Source: Candidatus Heimdallarchaeota archaeon
Lineage (GTDB): Archaea > Asgardarchaeota > Heimdallarchaeia > JABLTI01
Assembly (NCBI GenBank): GCA_019058275.1
Contig: JAHLVW010000066.1
Location: forward strand, 96,001-160,000
DNA: 64,000 nt
Direction of reading: 5' to 3'
The notes under the pieces are model-generated. The model made no database searches, had not been told where the DNA came from, and saw only the letters and a list, made by a program, of their open reading frames with translations. The position numbers and the translations under genes were made by a program. Numbering within the stretch: position 1 is the first letter of the stretch; each line of letters begins with the position of its first letter. Below are positions 28,661 to 39,337 of the stretch, piece by piece.

Positions 28661-30301
28661 TTGAAGAGTGAGATTATGTCAAAGAGAAGAGATCTAGTTA
28701 GAGAATTATTGGATAGACACTGCTTAATTACTCCTGAGTCCTACGAAATTCTCGAAGATCTTGATGAAGATGTTATAGATATTGATAAGCTTGCTGAGGT
28801 TTTGAAGGATGAAATTGTTGTTACTGCTGAAAAATTAAATGAAGCCCTATCATCATTTGTAGAAATTCTCTCAGAGGGGGAAATTGATGCAGAATTAGAA
28901 ATAAATCAACCTACAATAGAAATAAGACAAGAAATCGACAAGCAAGAGATTAGAGAGAAAAGTTCTGATGTAACAGAAATGAAAATAAAACCTAAGAAAA
29001 AAATTACAAAGGTTGAATTTGATCCAATAGGTAAAAAGATAAAACCTAAGATAAAAGTTCTGCAAGATTCTTCAGGTAAAACAACTATTGAAGGTACTAT
29101 TGTTGATTTTCGTAAATACTTTTTGAGTAGATATAATCAATTAAGAAATATTTTGAAGAAAAGAGGAGATATTGCAGGATTACTTAGCATTAGAGATTTA
29201 GATAGGGCAAAACTAGAAGCAAATGAACGGATTACTGTTATTGGTATTGTTACAGAAAAAAAATCTTTGAAAAATGGTGGTATGTTAATTGATGTTGAGG
29301 ATCCAACTGGGCACTTGACGCTAACAATTTCTGCTAAAAATCCTGAATTGGTAGGCAAATCAGGAACGCTATTACAAGATCAAATTGCTGGTTTTTATGG
29401 TAGGTTATACGAAGAAATGTTTATTGTTGAGGATTTGATTTTTCCAGACATCCCAATAAGCGCTACGAAACCAAAAATTTCAGATCAAATTAGTGTATGT
29501 ATGACAAGTGATCTACATATTGGTAGCAAAGAGTTTCTGGAAGATTCTTTCAATAATCTTTTGGATTTTCTTAATGGTCGAATTGATGATCCTTATCAAC
29601 AAACAATTGCTAGCCAGGTTAAATATCTAATAGTTAATGGTGACCTTGTTGAAGGTATAGGTATTTATCCAAAACAAGAAGATGATTTGTTAATTACAGA
29701 TATTTATGATCAATACAAACATGCTGCTAATCTTTTAGCGAAAGTACCGGATTGGATTAACATAATAATCACTTCCGGAAACCACGATGCTTGTCGATTA
29801 GCACTACCACAACCAGCTGTTAGCAAAGAGTATGCTCCAGATTTATGGAAGATGTCTAATGTCACATTTCTTTCAAATCCTTCGACAGTAGAAATTCATG
29901 GAAAAGTTTTCTTAATATATCATGGAAATTCATTTGAAGATGTAGCATCCTTAACTCCGGGTCTAAGTGTGAACGATCCAAATGGTCCCATGATCTACAC
30001 TCTAAGATATCGTCATTTAGCACCAACATATGGAAGAAGAAGTAGTATTGTTCCAACCCTGAAGGACGAACTAGTTATCGAAAAAGTTCCACAGGTTTAT
30101 CATACAGGGCATATTCACATTAATTCTCATACTCGATACCGGGGTGTTGAATGTATTAATTCAGGTACATTTCAATCGCAAACAGATTACATGTTGTCTA
30201 AAAACATAAATCCTACTCCCGGTAGAGTACCAATCTTAAATTTACAAACTAACAAATTGCATGAATTGGTGTTTTTTGAAAAGACTGAACCTAGGAAGTA
30301 A
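28661..30301 (+). CDS. polB: DNA polymerase II (PolD) small subunit DP1
   Basis: EDPTG OB fold, SDLHIGS, NGDLVEGIGIYP, SGNHD, YHG, RHLAPTYG, HTGHIH, NSGTFQSQT. Confidence 0.95.
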   Translation: MKSEIMSKRRDLVRELLDRHCLITPESYEILEDLDEDVIDIDKLAEVLKDEIVVTAEKLNEALSSFVEILSEGEIDAELEINQPTIEIRQEIDKQEIREKSSDVTEMKIKPKKKITKVEFDPIGKKIKPKIKVLQDSSGKTTIEGTIVDFRKYFLSRYNQLRNILKKRGDIAGLLSIRDLDRAKLEANERITVIGIVTEKKSLKNGGMLIDVEDPTGHLTLTISAKNPELVGKSGTLLQDQIAGFYGRLYEEMFIVEDLIFPDIPISATKPKISDQISVCMTSDLHIGSKEFLEDSFNNLLDFLNGRIDDPYQQTIASQVKYLIVNGDLVEGIGIYPKQEDDLLITDIYDQYKHAANLLAKVPDWINIIITSGNHDACRLALPQPAVSKEYAPDLWKMSNVTFLSNPSTVEIHGKVFLIYHGNSFEDVASLTPGLSVNDPNGPMIYTLRYRHLAPTYGRRSSIVPTLKDELVIEKVPQVYHTGHIHINSHTRYRGVECINSGTFQSQTDYMLSKNINPTPGRVPILNLQTNKLHELVFFEKTEPRK

Positions 30302-30364
30302 CCATAATAGCTATTACCAAAAGCTTTTTCTTTTATTATATCTGCGAGAAAATGTTGATTTACA

Positions 30365-31294
30365 ATGACGAATCCTTGGATACGAATTATGCGACCATTC
30401 AATTGTTTTCTAATTACGATGTGTGCAATAGTAGGAATAATGGTTAGCAATCCTGAGGAATTTCTTTATGTGAATCAATTTCTCGATCATCTCCCTTCTT
30501 TAATAATGATTTTTATTGGTGGTTGGGCTCTAAGTGCTTCAGCAATGGTTTTGAATGACTATTTTGATATTGAAATAGATAGAATAAATGATCCAGATCG
30601 ACCTATTCCTTCTGGCCAAATAAAGCCAAAACAAGCATTGACATTCGGAATTATCTTGATAGTGATTGGTATCTTGATGGGAATTGGCATTGACTTGTAT
30701 GAACATTTTAAAGGTTTAGGATCCCAAATTGGCGTTTCAATGATTACTGCTGTTATTGGTGCATTTATGGCATCTCTCTATACTAAATATATGAAAAGAT
30801 ACTCAATTGTTGGAAATCTAGCAGTTTCTATTGGTGTTTGGTTGGGTTTCCTTTATGGCGATTTAGTTTTTGATTTTACACTTGAAGTTTTACCAGAATG
30901 TATGGCTGCATCAGCATTCTTTCTTAATTTTGGCAGAGAAGTTGCTAAAGGTATAATAGATGTTGAAGGTGATAGAGAAAATAAGGTAACTACTATTGCA
31001 ATTGCTTTAGGACCAAGATGGACAGCTATAATAGCTTCTGCAATTGTATTCTTAGCAATACCAACTTCAATTATTCCGGTTATCTTTGCAGGAGCAAGCT
31101 GGGTTTATCTAGGAACAATTATAGTAATTCAAGTATTAAGTTTGGTTACAATAATTTGGTTATTATCTGATCAAAGAGTTGAAACTGTTAAGAAAATTAA
31201 AACCTTAATACTATATGTGATGCTATTATCTTTGGTTTTTTTTACCCTAGAAGCATTTTTAGGTGGATTTGTTGTCCCACCTATTATTTCATAA
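30365..31294 (+). CDS. UbiA-family prenyltransferase, probable DGGGP synthase
   Basis: IMRPFN, NDYFDIEIDRINDPDRPIPSG, REVAKGIIDVEGD. Confidence 0.9.
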   Translation: MTNPWIRIMRPFNCFLITMCAIVGIMVSNPEEFLYVNQFLDHLPSLIMIFIGGWALSASAMVLNDYFDIEIDRINDPDRPIPSGQIKPKQALTFGIILIVIGILMGIGIDLYEHFKGLGSQIGVSMITAVIGAFMASLYTKYMKRYSIVGNLAVSIGVWLGFLYGDLVFDFTLEVLPECMAASAFFLNFGREVAKGIIDVEGDRENKVTTIAIALGPRWTAIIASAIVFLAIPTSIIPVIFAGASWVYLGTIIVIQVLSLVTIIWLLSDQRVETVKKIKTLILYVMLLSLVFFTLEAFLGGFVVPPIIS

Positions 31295-31317
31295 AAAAAG
31301 GATAAATTAGAGATGTA

Positions 31318-32142
31318 TTACATCTCTGTTGGTGACTTTGGATCTGGAGCACCTTCGATTACTGGAGGTTTACTTTCTGTTGTTTTTGAGAGTTTGCTTT
31401 CACAATATGTCAATCTTTGGTTTATCAAATCAAAAGCACGTGATAATTTGCTTAACTCTTCTTTGATTCCAATCATATCAACAGTATCCTCAACGATTTC
31501 TCCTCCTATGGTTCTAGTAGTTATAGTTTTACCTTCAAGCTGAGAGATTTTACCTTCTAATGCTTCTATAGCTGTTAGAATGGAAGGAACTCTGTCATCA
31601 CCTTTAGTAGCAGCTAAGGATTCCTCAATTTTGTCAAGTCTATCATTAATATTTGAAATTAATTCTTCTTCACCTTTATCATCATTTTTGACGATTTCAG
31701 ATTCAAGTCTAGCAACTCGCTCATTTTCTAATGATTCTAATCTTTGGGAAATTCCATTTATGCTCTCTTTAAGTTCCTCATTGACATTTTCAATAGTATT
31801 TTCTAGTAAGTCAATTTTTTGTTTGATTTCATCTAAATCTTCACTATCAACAACTTCCTCAGGAACAGGAGTAGTTATTGGTAAACTTCTTTCTGCTTCT
31901 GCGAATAATTGATCACAAACATTCTTCAGTGGATATTTATCTATGACCAAACGTGAGTTATTGAGCAACTCATTTGCAGCTTTATTGATGCCGTTTTTGG
32001 AGAAGACTGGGACAATAACTTCGTTTTCAGCATCCCCTCGTAATAATAAAGATAAAATCCATCTACCTCTATCTGCAGCAAGTTGCAAATGATACATTGT
32101 TCCTGGAATTTGAATATTAACTTTATCAATGCTATGCGACAT
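31318..32142 (-). CDS. Hypothetical protein: N-terminal globular domain plus coiled coil
   Basis: 274-aa ORF with heptad-rich C-terminal two thirds. Confidence 0.7.
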   Translation of the reverse strand: MSHSIDKVNIQIPGTMYHLQLAADRGRWILSLLLRGDAENEVIVPVFSKNGINKAANELLNNSRLVIDKYPLKNVCDQLFAEAERSLPITTPVPEEVVDSEDLDEIKQKIDLLENTIENVNEELKESINGISQRLESLENERVARLESEIVKNDDKGEEELISNINDRLDKIEESLAATKGDDRVPSILTAIEALEGKISQLEGKTITTRTIGGEIVEDTVDMIGIKEELSKLSRAFDLINQRLTYCESKLSKTTESKPPVIEGAPDPKSPTEM

Positions 32143-32258
32143 GGTTTAACCAATCCTTCAAAACTTCTTGATTTCTCATCAATAGTAACTTAAAAATGTA
32201 TATAAGAATTGTTAAGTCGGTAAATAAAGCAAATAATAATAAAAAAAGAATTGAAGAA

Positions 32259-33182
32259 TTAGAGTTCTTCAATATAATTCTGGGCATATGTAGCAGTAAT
32301 ACAACCATCACCAACAGCTGTTGCGATTTGTTTGATTCTACCACATACATCCCCTGCAGCGAAGACTCCTGGAATATTTGTTTCTAATGTTTCCATTTTC
32401 GTCACAATGAAACCACGATCGTTTACTTCTACACCAAGTTGATTTGCTAGTAAAGTATTAGGAACGCTGCCTGATTCAATGAAGATTCCTTCAACCTTTA
32501 CTTTTGTTTCTTCACCATCTTTCTTGTAGGTAAAGGAGGTAACGTATTCATCACCAGCAATTTCAGTAACTCTAGTTTTATAATGGATTTCGATATTTTC
32601 CTTTGTCTTTAAACGACTTTCGTAAATCGCTTCTGCTCCTAGCTCTTTCTTTGTTACAATTAAATATACTTTAGTTGAAATGTTTGAAAGGTAGAGAGCT
32701 GCTTTAGCAGCACCATCTCCATAACCTAAAACAGCTGTAGGTTTGTTTTGATAAAGTGCTCCATCGCAAACTGCACAATATGAAACACCTTTAGCATAGA
32801 ACTCCTCTTCTCCTGGGATTCTCATTTTTCTATGTCTTGCTCCCATTGCTAAGATAACTGTTTTAGCTTTTACTGTTTCATTATCATCTGTTTTGACAAT
32901 GAATTCTTTCTCTTTCTTCTCTATTTCAATTACATTATCGTAAACGATTTCAGCACCATTTGCTCTTGTCTGATTTTCCATTGCTTCCATCAGTTCTAAT
33001 CCTTGAACTCCTTCAGCAAATCCAGTATAATTTTCTATTAATCCTAGGTTTGCTACTTGAGATTCATAGGGATTACCAAAAACAATAGTTGACAAGCCTG
33101 CTCTTGCAGTATAAATTGCTGCTGTTAAGCCTGCTGGGCCTGCTCCAACTATTACTACTTGATATTCTTTTATTTCTGACAT
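32259..33182 (-). CDS. trxB: Thioredoxin-disulfide reductase
   Basis: GAGPAGLTAAIYTAR, GVSYCAVCDG, TNIPGVFAAGD. Confidence 0.93.
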   Translation of the reverse strand: MSEIKEYQVVIVGAGPAGLTAAIYTARAGLSTIVFGNPYESQVANLGLIENYTGFAEGVQGLELMEAMENQTRANGAEIVYDNVIEIEKKEKEFIVKTDDNETVKAKTVILAMGARHRKMRIPGEEEFYAKGVSYCAVCDGALYQNKPTAVLGYGDGAAKAALYLSNISTKVYLIVTKKELGAEAIYESRLKTKENIEIHYKTRVTEIAGDEYVTSFTYKKDGEETKVKVEGIFIESGSVPNTLLANQLGVEVNDRGFIVTKMETLETNIPGVFAAGDVCGRIKQIATAVGDGCITATYAQNYIEEL

Positions 33183-33327
33183 TTCCCTTGCACCTGTTTT
33201 ATTTTTTTACAAATTAGTCATTTTTTTTGAGCAATATACTCGTAGAATTATATTAAATAATTGTGGTTAAGTAACCATGGTTTTATATAACAAAAATCTA
33301 AATGTATAAAGTTTGAGTGATTGGATT

Positions 33328-34941
33328 TTACTCAGTAAATACTTTAGTTATTTTACCGATTCCTTTAGTTCTTCCTTCTCTAAAGATTATTTGCTGACCT
33401 ACTTTTAGAAATTCAGGAGAATATAGAAATCGAAATTTAACTGTTGCGTTATCTCCAGTTCTTATCACTTCTTTATCCATTTCAACTAATTTAGCTGTTT
33501 GTCTTATAGGTCCACAATGAATAACAGCTTGATAATTAACATGGATAGTCGTAGAATGATAAAGGATAATGACTTCTGCTTCAAATTCCTTGATTGCTGT
33601 AGGCTGCAAATCATTATCTAATAGAACCATTCCTTTCCTGATTGAATCTCTTGGAATTCTCCTTAGAGCAAAAGTCGCTGTTTTACCTGCAACTACACGT
33701 CTCACAGGTAATCTTTTACTTTGAATACTTTTCACTTTTACTTCTTTAAACTCACCAAAATCATCTGGACCAAGAAGTAAAATATCATCTATTGTTACAG
33801 CACCGCTAATAAGTGTACCAGCAACTACTGTCCCAACACCCGTAACTGAAAATGTTTCATCTATGTGAAATTCTACTGGTTTATCAAAGAATTCTTCCCA
33901 ATTCCGATAAGCCGGAATTAAATTCAAAAATTTCCTTAATAAATCTAAGTTTTCACCTGTAACATTTGATACTAGAAATATTGGTGCTATTCTTCCAGAA
34001 ACTAGATTCTTAGCACTAACAATAACATCATCATCATTTCGAGCTATGATTGGTATTTTATTTGATCCTGGAATCTTCAATAATTTAGTTAGATTATCAA
34101 TTGTTTGTTTCAAAATGTGTTCAGGACAAATGTCTACTTTAGTAATAACAACAATGATTGGAACTTTTAAAGCTAAAGCAATTCCCAAATGCTCTTTGGT
34201 CATGCCAACAATACCCATATTAGCTCCAACAACAAGAAGAACATAGTCGGGTTTGTGTCCAGTCAAACCAAATAAAGTTGTTTTAAGATATTTTTCATGT
34301 CCACCTAAATCAATAAACGTCAATACTTTCGAGCTTTCTTCGATTATTCTGGTCCATGATTGATTGCCAATTTGATTATAATTAACAATCTCACCCTTGC
34401 TGTTAAATCCAAGTATTTGCTGACTAACACTTGATGTTCTGCCTGTTTCAACCTCATGTTTATGTCTGAAAACATTTACTCGAGCAAGTCCTCTACCATT
34501 ATCTAAATTCCCTCGAGTAAGAACACCAACCAATGTACTTTTTCCACTATCAACATTACCAGCAACAGCTATTCTAATCTCAAGGAAATCTTCCTCAGCT
34601 AATTTTCTTACAAGAACTTCAGCTATTTTCCCTTTTTCACCTTCTCTTTCTCTAAGCACTGTAACACTTGCATTTAGCTCTTTAGCCATTTTTTTGAGTG
34701 TTTTAATAGATGACTTTAATTCACGTTCAGTTAGTCCTTTGGGATAGCCATTATCTTCAATTCCTATTTCATAAATAGCTTCTCCCAAGCCTTCTTGCAG
34801 TCGGAATTTCATTTGAGTTACAAGATGTACAAATCTAGTTGCAGTCGGATCTATCAGTTTTAATTTGTACTCTATATTTCCTTCTTCGGATTCTTGATCC
34901 ATTTTGACTGCTTTATTATTCTTTTTTGAAGTCATACTCAA
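33328..34941 (-). CDS. GTPBP1/2-like translational GTPase
   Basis: EGNIEYKLKL, AGNVDSGKSTLVGVL, RHKHEVETGRTSS, DLGGHEKYLKTT, TKVD, FREGRTKGIG. Confidence 0.93.
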   Translation of the reverse strand: MSMTSKKNNKAVKMDQESEEGNIEYKLKLIDPTATRFVHLVTQMKFRLQEGLGEAIYEIGIEDNGYPKGLTERELKSSIKTLKKMAKELNASVTVLREREGEKGKIAEVLVRKLAEEDFLEIRIAVAGNVDSGKSTLVGVLTRGNLDNGRGLARVNVFRHKHEVETGRTSSVSQQILGFNSKGEIVNYNQIGNQSWTRIIEESSKVLTFIDLGGHEKYLKTTLFGLTGHKPDYVLLVVGANMGIVGMTKEHLGIALALKVPIIVVITKVDICPEHILKQTIDNLTKLLKIPGSNKIPIIARNDDDVIVSAKNLVSGRIAPIFLVSNVTGENLDLLRKFLNLIPAYRNWEEFFDKPVEFHIDETFSVTGVGTVVAGTLISGAVTIDDILLLGPDDFGEFKEVKVKSIQSKRLPVRRVVAGKTATFALRRIPRDSIRKGMVLLDNDLQPTAIKEFEAEVIILYHSTTIHVNYQAVIHCGPIRQTAKLVEMDKEVIRTGDNATVKFRFLYSPEFLKVGQQIIFREGRTKGIGKITKVFTE

Positions 34942-35052
34942 TTACTCAAGTAATTTGCTGGTTTTATTATAACTATAATTGAAAATGAATTTAAGTTATA
35001 TTAATACTTACAATATTCTTTTGGGATGTAGAAGTGAAAAAGAAGGAATTCT

Positions 35053-36276
35053 CTAATCTTTAATGTTAATCTTCACATCTTGATTAGTTAATCTTCTAAC
35101 ATTTCTTTGTATTTCAGCAGCTAAACTGACTATATACTCATTTAATTCATTGAGTTTATCCTTTAAATCATTAATACTTCTTTCTTTTCTATACTTGCTT
35201 TTTTCAAACTCTTCCTGTTTAGCTTCAAATTTTTGAATCTGCTTTTTCAATCCTGACTCTTCAACTTTTACTTCAATTTCCTTTCTCTTCTCAACTAATT
35301 TCAAAAGATCTGCGTGAAGATCATTTATTGATCCATTAATTATTCCTTTGGACAGAGTTATTGTCTTATTTTTCATAGAAGTTTTTAATTTCAGCTTATC
35401 TGCTTTAGTTGCTTCAATCAAGATTTCTAATAAATCATTGAGTTTCACATGACCAACCGAGCTGCTGTCTAAAGCTTTCAAAGGATTTTCTCGAAGTAAA
35501 TAAGCTAGATCAATCAGGTTAGGGGGAACCATTACTTTGCCATCTTGTGCTCTCGAGGCTAGTTTTTTTAATGGTTTATCTAAACCACCTATAGCCAATC
35601 TAAATTTATTACTAATAATTTTTAGCTCTTTGTTTATCTCATCAAGCTCACGAAGTATAGTTCCAGTTTCAAGATTTTCAGTATTTTCATTTAAATCTGA
35701 AATTTGTTTTTCGATATCCTCTCCTTCTTTAGTTTCACCTTTTATCTGTTTTTTGAGAAGTTCTCGACCCTTTACTTTTTGAATAAGTAATGTTATACTT
35801 TCAGAGGTATCATCGACTTCTTTTAACAAGACAGTTTTACCTTCGAGGAAGTTCTTGAATTCTTGATAACTCTTTTGAATGCGTGTTAATGCTCTGTTTA
35901 AAATGAAAACTCTATTACGATATTTTTTCTTCAGATTAGGTATAAATCTTTGACCTACAGTCATAACCCTTTGAAGAAATTTCTCTAAATCTTTAACAAA
36001 GTCCTCTGCAGTCTTGTAAGTGATTCCTTTAGGGAAAGTAAACTCCTCAACCATTTCAGTCATTTTTTCGTAAATGTTTTGTGATGATCTTGATTCTGCA
36101 TCTATAGTATCGCTTACCTCAAAATCTATAGCAGATATCTTTAAATCTTTAAAATTAGCTTTAATAATCTCGATTCTTTTACTTATTTCTGCTCTAACCT
36201 TTTTCACACTATTTTCCGTTTCGTTTTCAAACCAGTCTCTCATCTTACTTAAGGAAATCACTTTAACTACCCACAA
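35053..36276 (-). CDS. Hypothetical long coiled-coil protein
   Basis: 407-aa K/E-rich helical ORF. Confidence 0.7.
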   Translation of the reverse strand: MWVVKVISLSKMRDWFENETENSVKKVRAEISKRIEIIKANFKDLKISAIDFEVSDTIDAESRSSQNIYEKMTEMVEEFTFPKGITYKTAEDFVKDLEKFLQRVMTVGQRFIPNLKKKYRNRVFILNRALTRIQKSYQEFKNFLEGKTVLLKEVDDTSESITLLIQKVKGRELLKKQIKGETKEGEDIEKQISDLNENTENLETGTILRELDEINKELKIISNKFRLAIGGLDKPLKKLASRAQDGKVMVPPNLIDLAYLLRENPLKALDSSSVGHVKLNDLLEILIEATKADKLKLKTSMKNKTITLSKGIINGSINDLHADLLKLVEKRKEIEVKVEESGLKKQIQKFEAKQEEFEKSKYRKERSINDLKDKLNELNEYIVSLAAEIQRNVRRLTNQDVKINIKD

Positions 36277-36535
36277 AACGTTTTTATCTGCTTTTTTCTT
36301 GAGGTTATTATATTACTATCACACTTTTTGCAATTTCTTTTTATTTATCTTTCTTTTTTCTCATCTATAATTATTACTGCATAGTTGATTTTTACTTTAG
36401 ATTATATAAAATGTTTCAATTGTATATTTAAAACATAGAAAAACTATTTAAGCTCATATATTCGCACAATAAAAGCTAGGATTACATTTAATTAATAGAA
36501 CTGATTTATGTTCTTTGGTATATCGTTCTCTATAG

Positions 36536-37432
36536 GTGATGTTTAGCGTGCCCACAAAACAAGTAAATAAAACAAATTTAAAGGAATCAGTTGATGCCAT
36601 TAAAAAGAAATTTGGAATTATTGGTAGAACAGGTGAACTTATGCGAGCGTTAGCTGCCAAAGCTGCTGGAAGACATATTTTACTTGAAGGTCCAGTAGGT
36701 GTTGGGAAAACTGAACTGGCTCATGCACTTGCAGCATATTTAAATACAGAGTTTGTTAGATTTGATGGAGACGAAAGATATCATCCTGACAAACTTGTAG
36801 GGCATTTTGATCCTCCAGTTGTACTGGAAAAGGGTTATTCATTTGATTCCTTCGTTTCAGGACCATTAATTAGAGCAATGAAAGAGGGAGCCATCCTATT
36901 TGCAAATGAGATAAATCGATGTCCAGAATCAACGCAGAATGTTTTACTATCAGCTATGGATGAGGGAATGATTGTTATTCCTAAATTAGGAGAAGTCACA
37001 GCAAAAACAGGTTTCTTTATTATTGCCACCCAAAATCCAGTAGAGTTCATTGCAACAACTCCTTTGGGGGAAGCAATTAAAGATCGATTTGTATGGATTA
37101 GACTTGAATATCAATCAGAAGCTGAAGAAAAGCAAATCGTTGCAGCAAAAATGAAAGATACTTCACAAGATATCATAGATTATTCTGTAGCAATAGTCCG
37201 TGAATCAAGGCTTTCTACAAAACTTAGAAGAGGAGCAAGTATTAGAGGTGCCATTGATCTTGCTTCTATAATTAATGAGTTTGAAGAACGTACACTTAAA
37301 ACATGGATTGATATTAGTATAATGGCACTAGCAACAAAGATTGAAATTGAAGATGGTGTAGAAGAAAAAATTGAAACTGTAATTGAGGAATTAGTCAGGA
37401 AAATGATTGGCAAGTTTTTTCGGGCCAAATGA
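36536..37432 (+). CDS. MoxR-family AAA+ ATPase
   Basis: LEGPVGVGKT Walker A, ANEINR, IATQNP, DRF, GASIRG. Confidence 0.9.
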   Translation: MMFSVPTKQVNKTNLKESVDAIKKKFGIIGRTGELMRALAAKAAGRHILLEGPVGVGKTELAHALAAYLNTEFVRFDGDERYHPDKLVGHFDPPVVLEKGYSFDSFVSGPLIRAMKEGAILFANEINRCPESTQNVLLSAMDEGMIVIPKLGEVTAKTGFFIIATQNPVEFIATTPLGEAIKDRFVWIRLEYQSEAEEKQIVAAKMKDTSQDIIDYSVAIVRESRLSTKLRRGASIRGAIDLASIINEFEERTLKTWIDISIMALATKIEIEDGVEEKIETVIEELVRKMIGKFFRAK

Positions 37433-38498
37433 AGTAGAAATGCCTAGAACTCCTGGTAGGTTGCCACCTCAATTGGGTCGTATGACTCCAGAAAAATTAG
37501 TACAAGCAGAGATAGTTTCATGTACAAGATCGTCAAAAGATTATAATCAGATGACAAAAAATATGAGTTTTCCCCAGATCAAAAAAATGACTGAATTAGC
37601 TATTGAATATGACAATATTCCTGCATTAAAAGGCATAGCAAAAAGCAATCAATATGCTGTTGCTGAAGCCTTACAATCAAATGAGGGAGTTCGTATACTT
37701 GAACGAAGAGCTGCCAGAGGAGAGGGTAGTGCTCCTGAATTATTCTTTATGCTAAGAAGTAATTTTAATCCGCAGTATAAGAAAATCTATCGTAGATTAG
37801 CTAGAAAATCCGTTCTGAAATCATCGTATCGAGTGGTTGGTAGAGGATTAAAAGGAGAATTGCAAATTAAAAGAGAATACGAACCTGGTATGACTGATTT
37901 TGATATGGATTTGCTCATTGAGAAATATCTTGTTAATCGCTATATACAATATTCGGATATTGTGGCAATTGAAAGAAGGAGTAGAGAGAATATTGGTGTA
38001 TTAATGTTTGATACTTCAGGTTCTTTATATGGTGAGAAGTTTAGGAATGCTGCAATGGCTGTAGCAATTTTAGCTTATCATTTAGCAAAAGAAAAGTATG
38101 CAGTAATCCTATTTAATACAAAAGCTACTGTTATCAAGCTTATGGATGAAAAAATAAAGATTGATGATTTAATTGATAGAGTTCTTGAAAGTGAATCAGC
38201 TGGTTACACAAATTTGACTGATGCCCTTAAAGCGGGACTAAAAGAGCTAAGTAAAGAGAAACGTACAGAGAAATTTGGTGTTTTGATAACCGATGGTTGT
38301 TTCAACAGAGGAGATGATCCTAGACCATTTGCTAAAAACTATTTTAATTTACATGTTTTAGGTTTGCCAACAGAAAAAGAATGGGGAGAAGCTGTTTGTA
38401 GAGATTTAGCAAGGCTAGGCAAAGGACGTTTTATGGCAGTAAAAAGCATGAATCAAATACCCAGAATTCTTATGAGATTGTTAAGAAAAAAGAGTTAA
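37407..38498 (+). CDS. VWA-domain protein (MoxR partner)
   Basis: MIDAS DTSGS, GYTNL, LITDG; overlaps the MoxR stop. Confidence 0.88.
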   Translation: MASFFGPNEVEMPRTPGRLPPQLGRMTPEKLVQAEIVSCTRSSKDYNQMTKNMSFPQIKKMTELAIEYDNIPALKGIAKSNQYAVAEALQSNEGVRILERRAARGEGSAPELFFMLRSNFNPQYKKIYRRLARKSVLKSSYRVVGRGLKGELQIKREYEPGMTDFDMDLLIEKYLVNRYIQYSDIVAIERRSRENIGVLMFDTSGSLYGEKFRNAAMAVAILAYHLAKEKYAVILFNTKATVIKLMDEKIKIDDLIDRVLESESAGYTNLTDALKAGLKELSKEKRTEKFGVLITDGCFNRGDDPRPFAKNYFNLHVLGLPTEKEWGEAVCRDLARLGKGRFMAVKSMNQIPRILMRLLRKKS

Positions 38499-38582
38499 AA
38501 TGATTCAAGTTATTCGAAAACAGCATATCCACTATACTATCAAAAATAAGAATAAAAAATAAAGAAAACAAAGATTTAGGAA

Positions 38583-38888
38583 TCAAAGATTGAACATTTT
38601 AGAAAAATCTTCTTCCTTATCTTCTTCTTTTGGTTTCTTCTTACGAGCATAAGCTGCAATTAATTCTGGATGACATTCTTGGACATGTTCACGCCAATTT
38701 TTAACCATTCGACCACAATAGCCACAAATACTAAGGGCTTCTTTTTCCTCTCTCTTTTGAAGATATTCAGCATATTTAGGATGCTTTCTTCTCATATGCT
38801 CCTCGACATCATCAACTAAGCACTGACAAATTTTACAAAACTTAAGACCTTGTCTCTTGTTTTGTATAATAGACGATTTTGCACACAA
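38583..38888 (-). CDS. Small protein with two C2H2-type zinc fingers
   Basis: CKIC-x9-H-x4-HP and CGYC-x9-H-x4-HP. Confidence 0.75.
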   Translation of the reverse strand: MCAKSSIIQNKRQGLKFCKICQCLVDDVEEHMRRKHPKYAEYLQKREEKEALSICGYCGRMVKNWREHVQECHPELIAAYARKKKPKEEDKEEDFSKMFNL

Positions 38889-39337
38889 ATTGAAATCCTC
38901 GGCAGATATTTTGAGTAAATTTAAGAATTTAGAGAAGTAAATTAATTACAACTCTGTACACAAAAACAAAGCTGGTGTTATGCTTTAAAAATCTTACCCG
39001 TGTGTTAGCATTTTACAACCATGGTTGAAACTTTGTAACTTTTATCGAAGTTTTTATATCACTTTGATACTATTTTAGCACCCGTAATATCTAATTATTA
39101 CCTTTTTATTGGAAAAAATGTCACAAATCAAGTGATTTATTGAAAATTTTTGTGGCAATTTTTGTCAACTTCAAACAATTATTTCATTAAATAAGTAAAT
39201 TTTTGTCTAATCTGATTAATAATGTAACTTTTTTAGACTAGATAGTATAATCTGCAAAGAATTCCAAAAAGAAGGGAAAAAATTAAAATCAGAGGAAATC
39301 AAGGTATGACTGCTTATTTAGGAGCAAATTGTAACAC

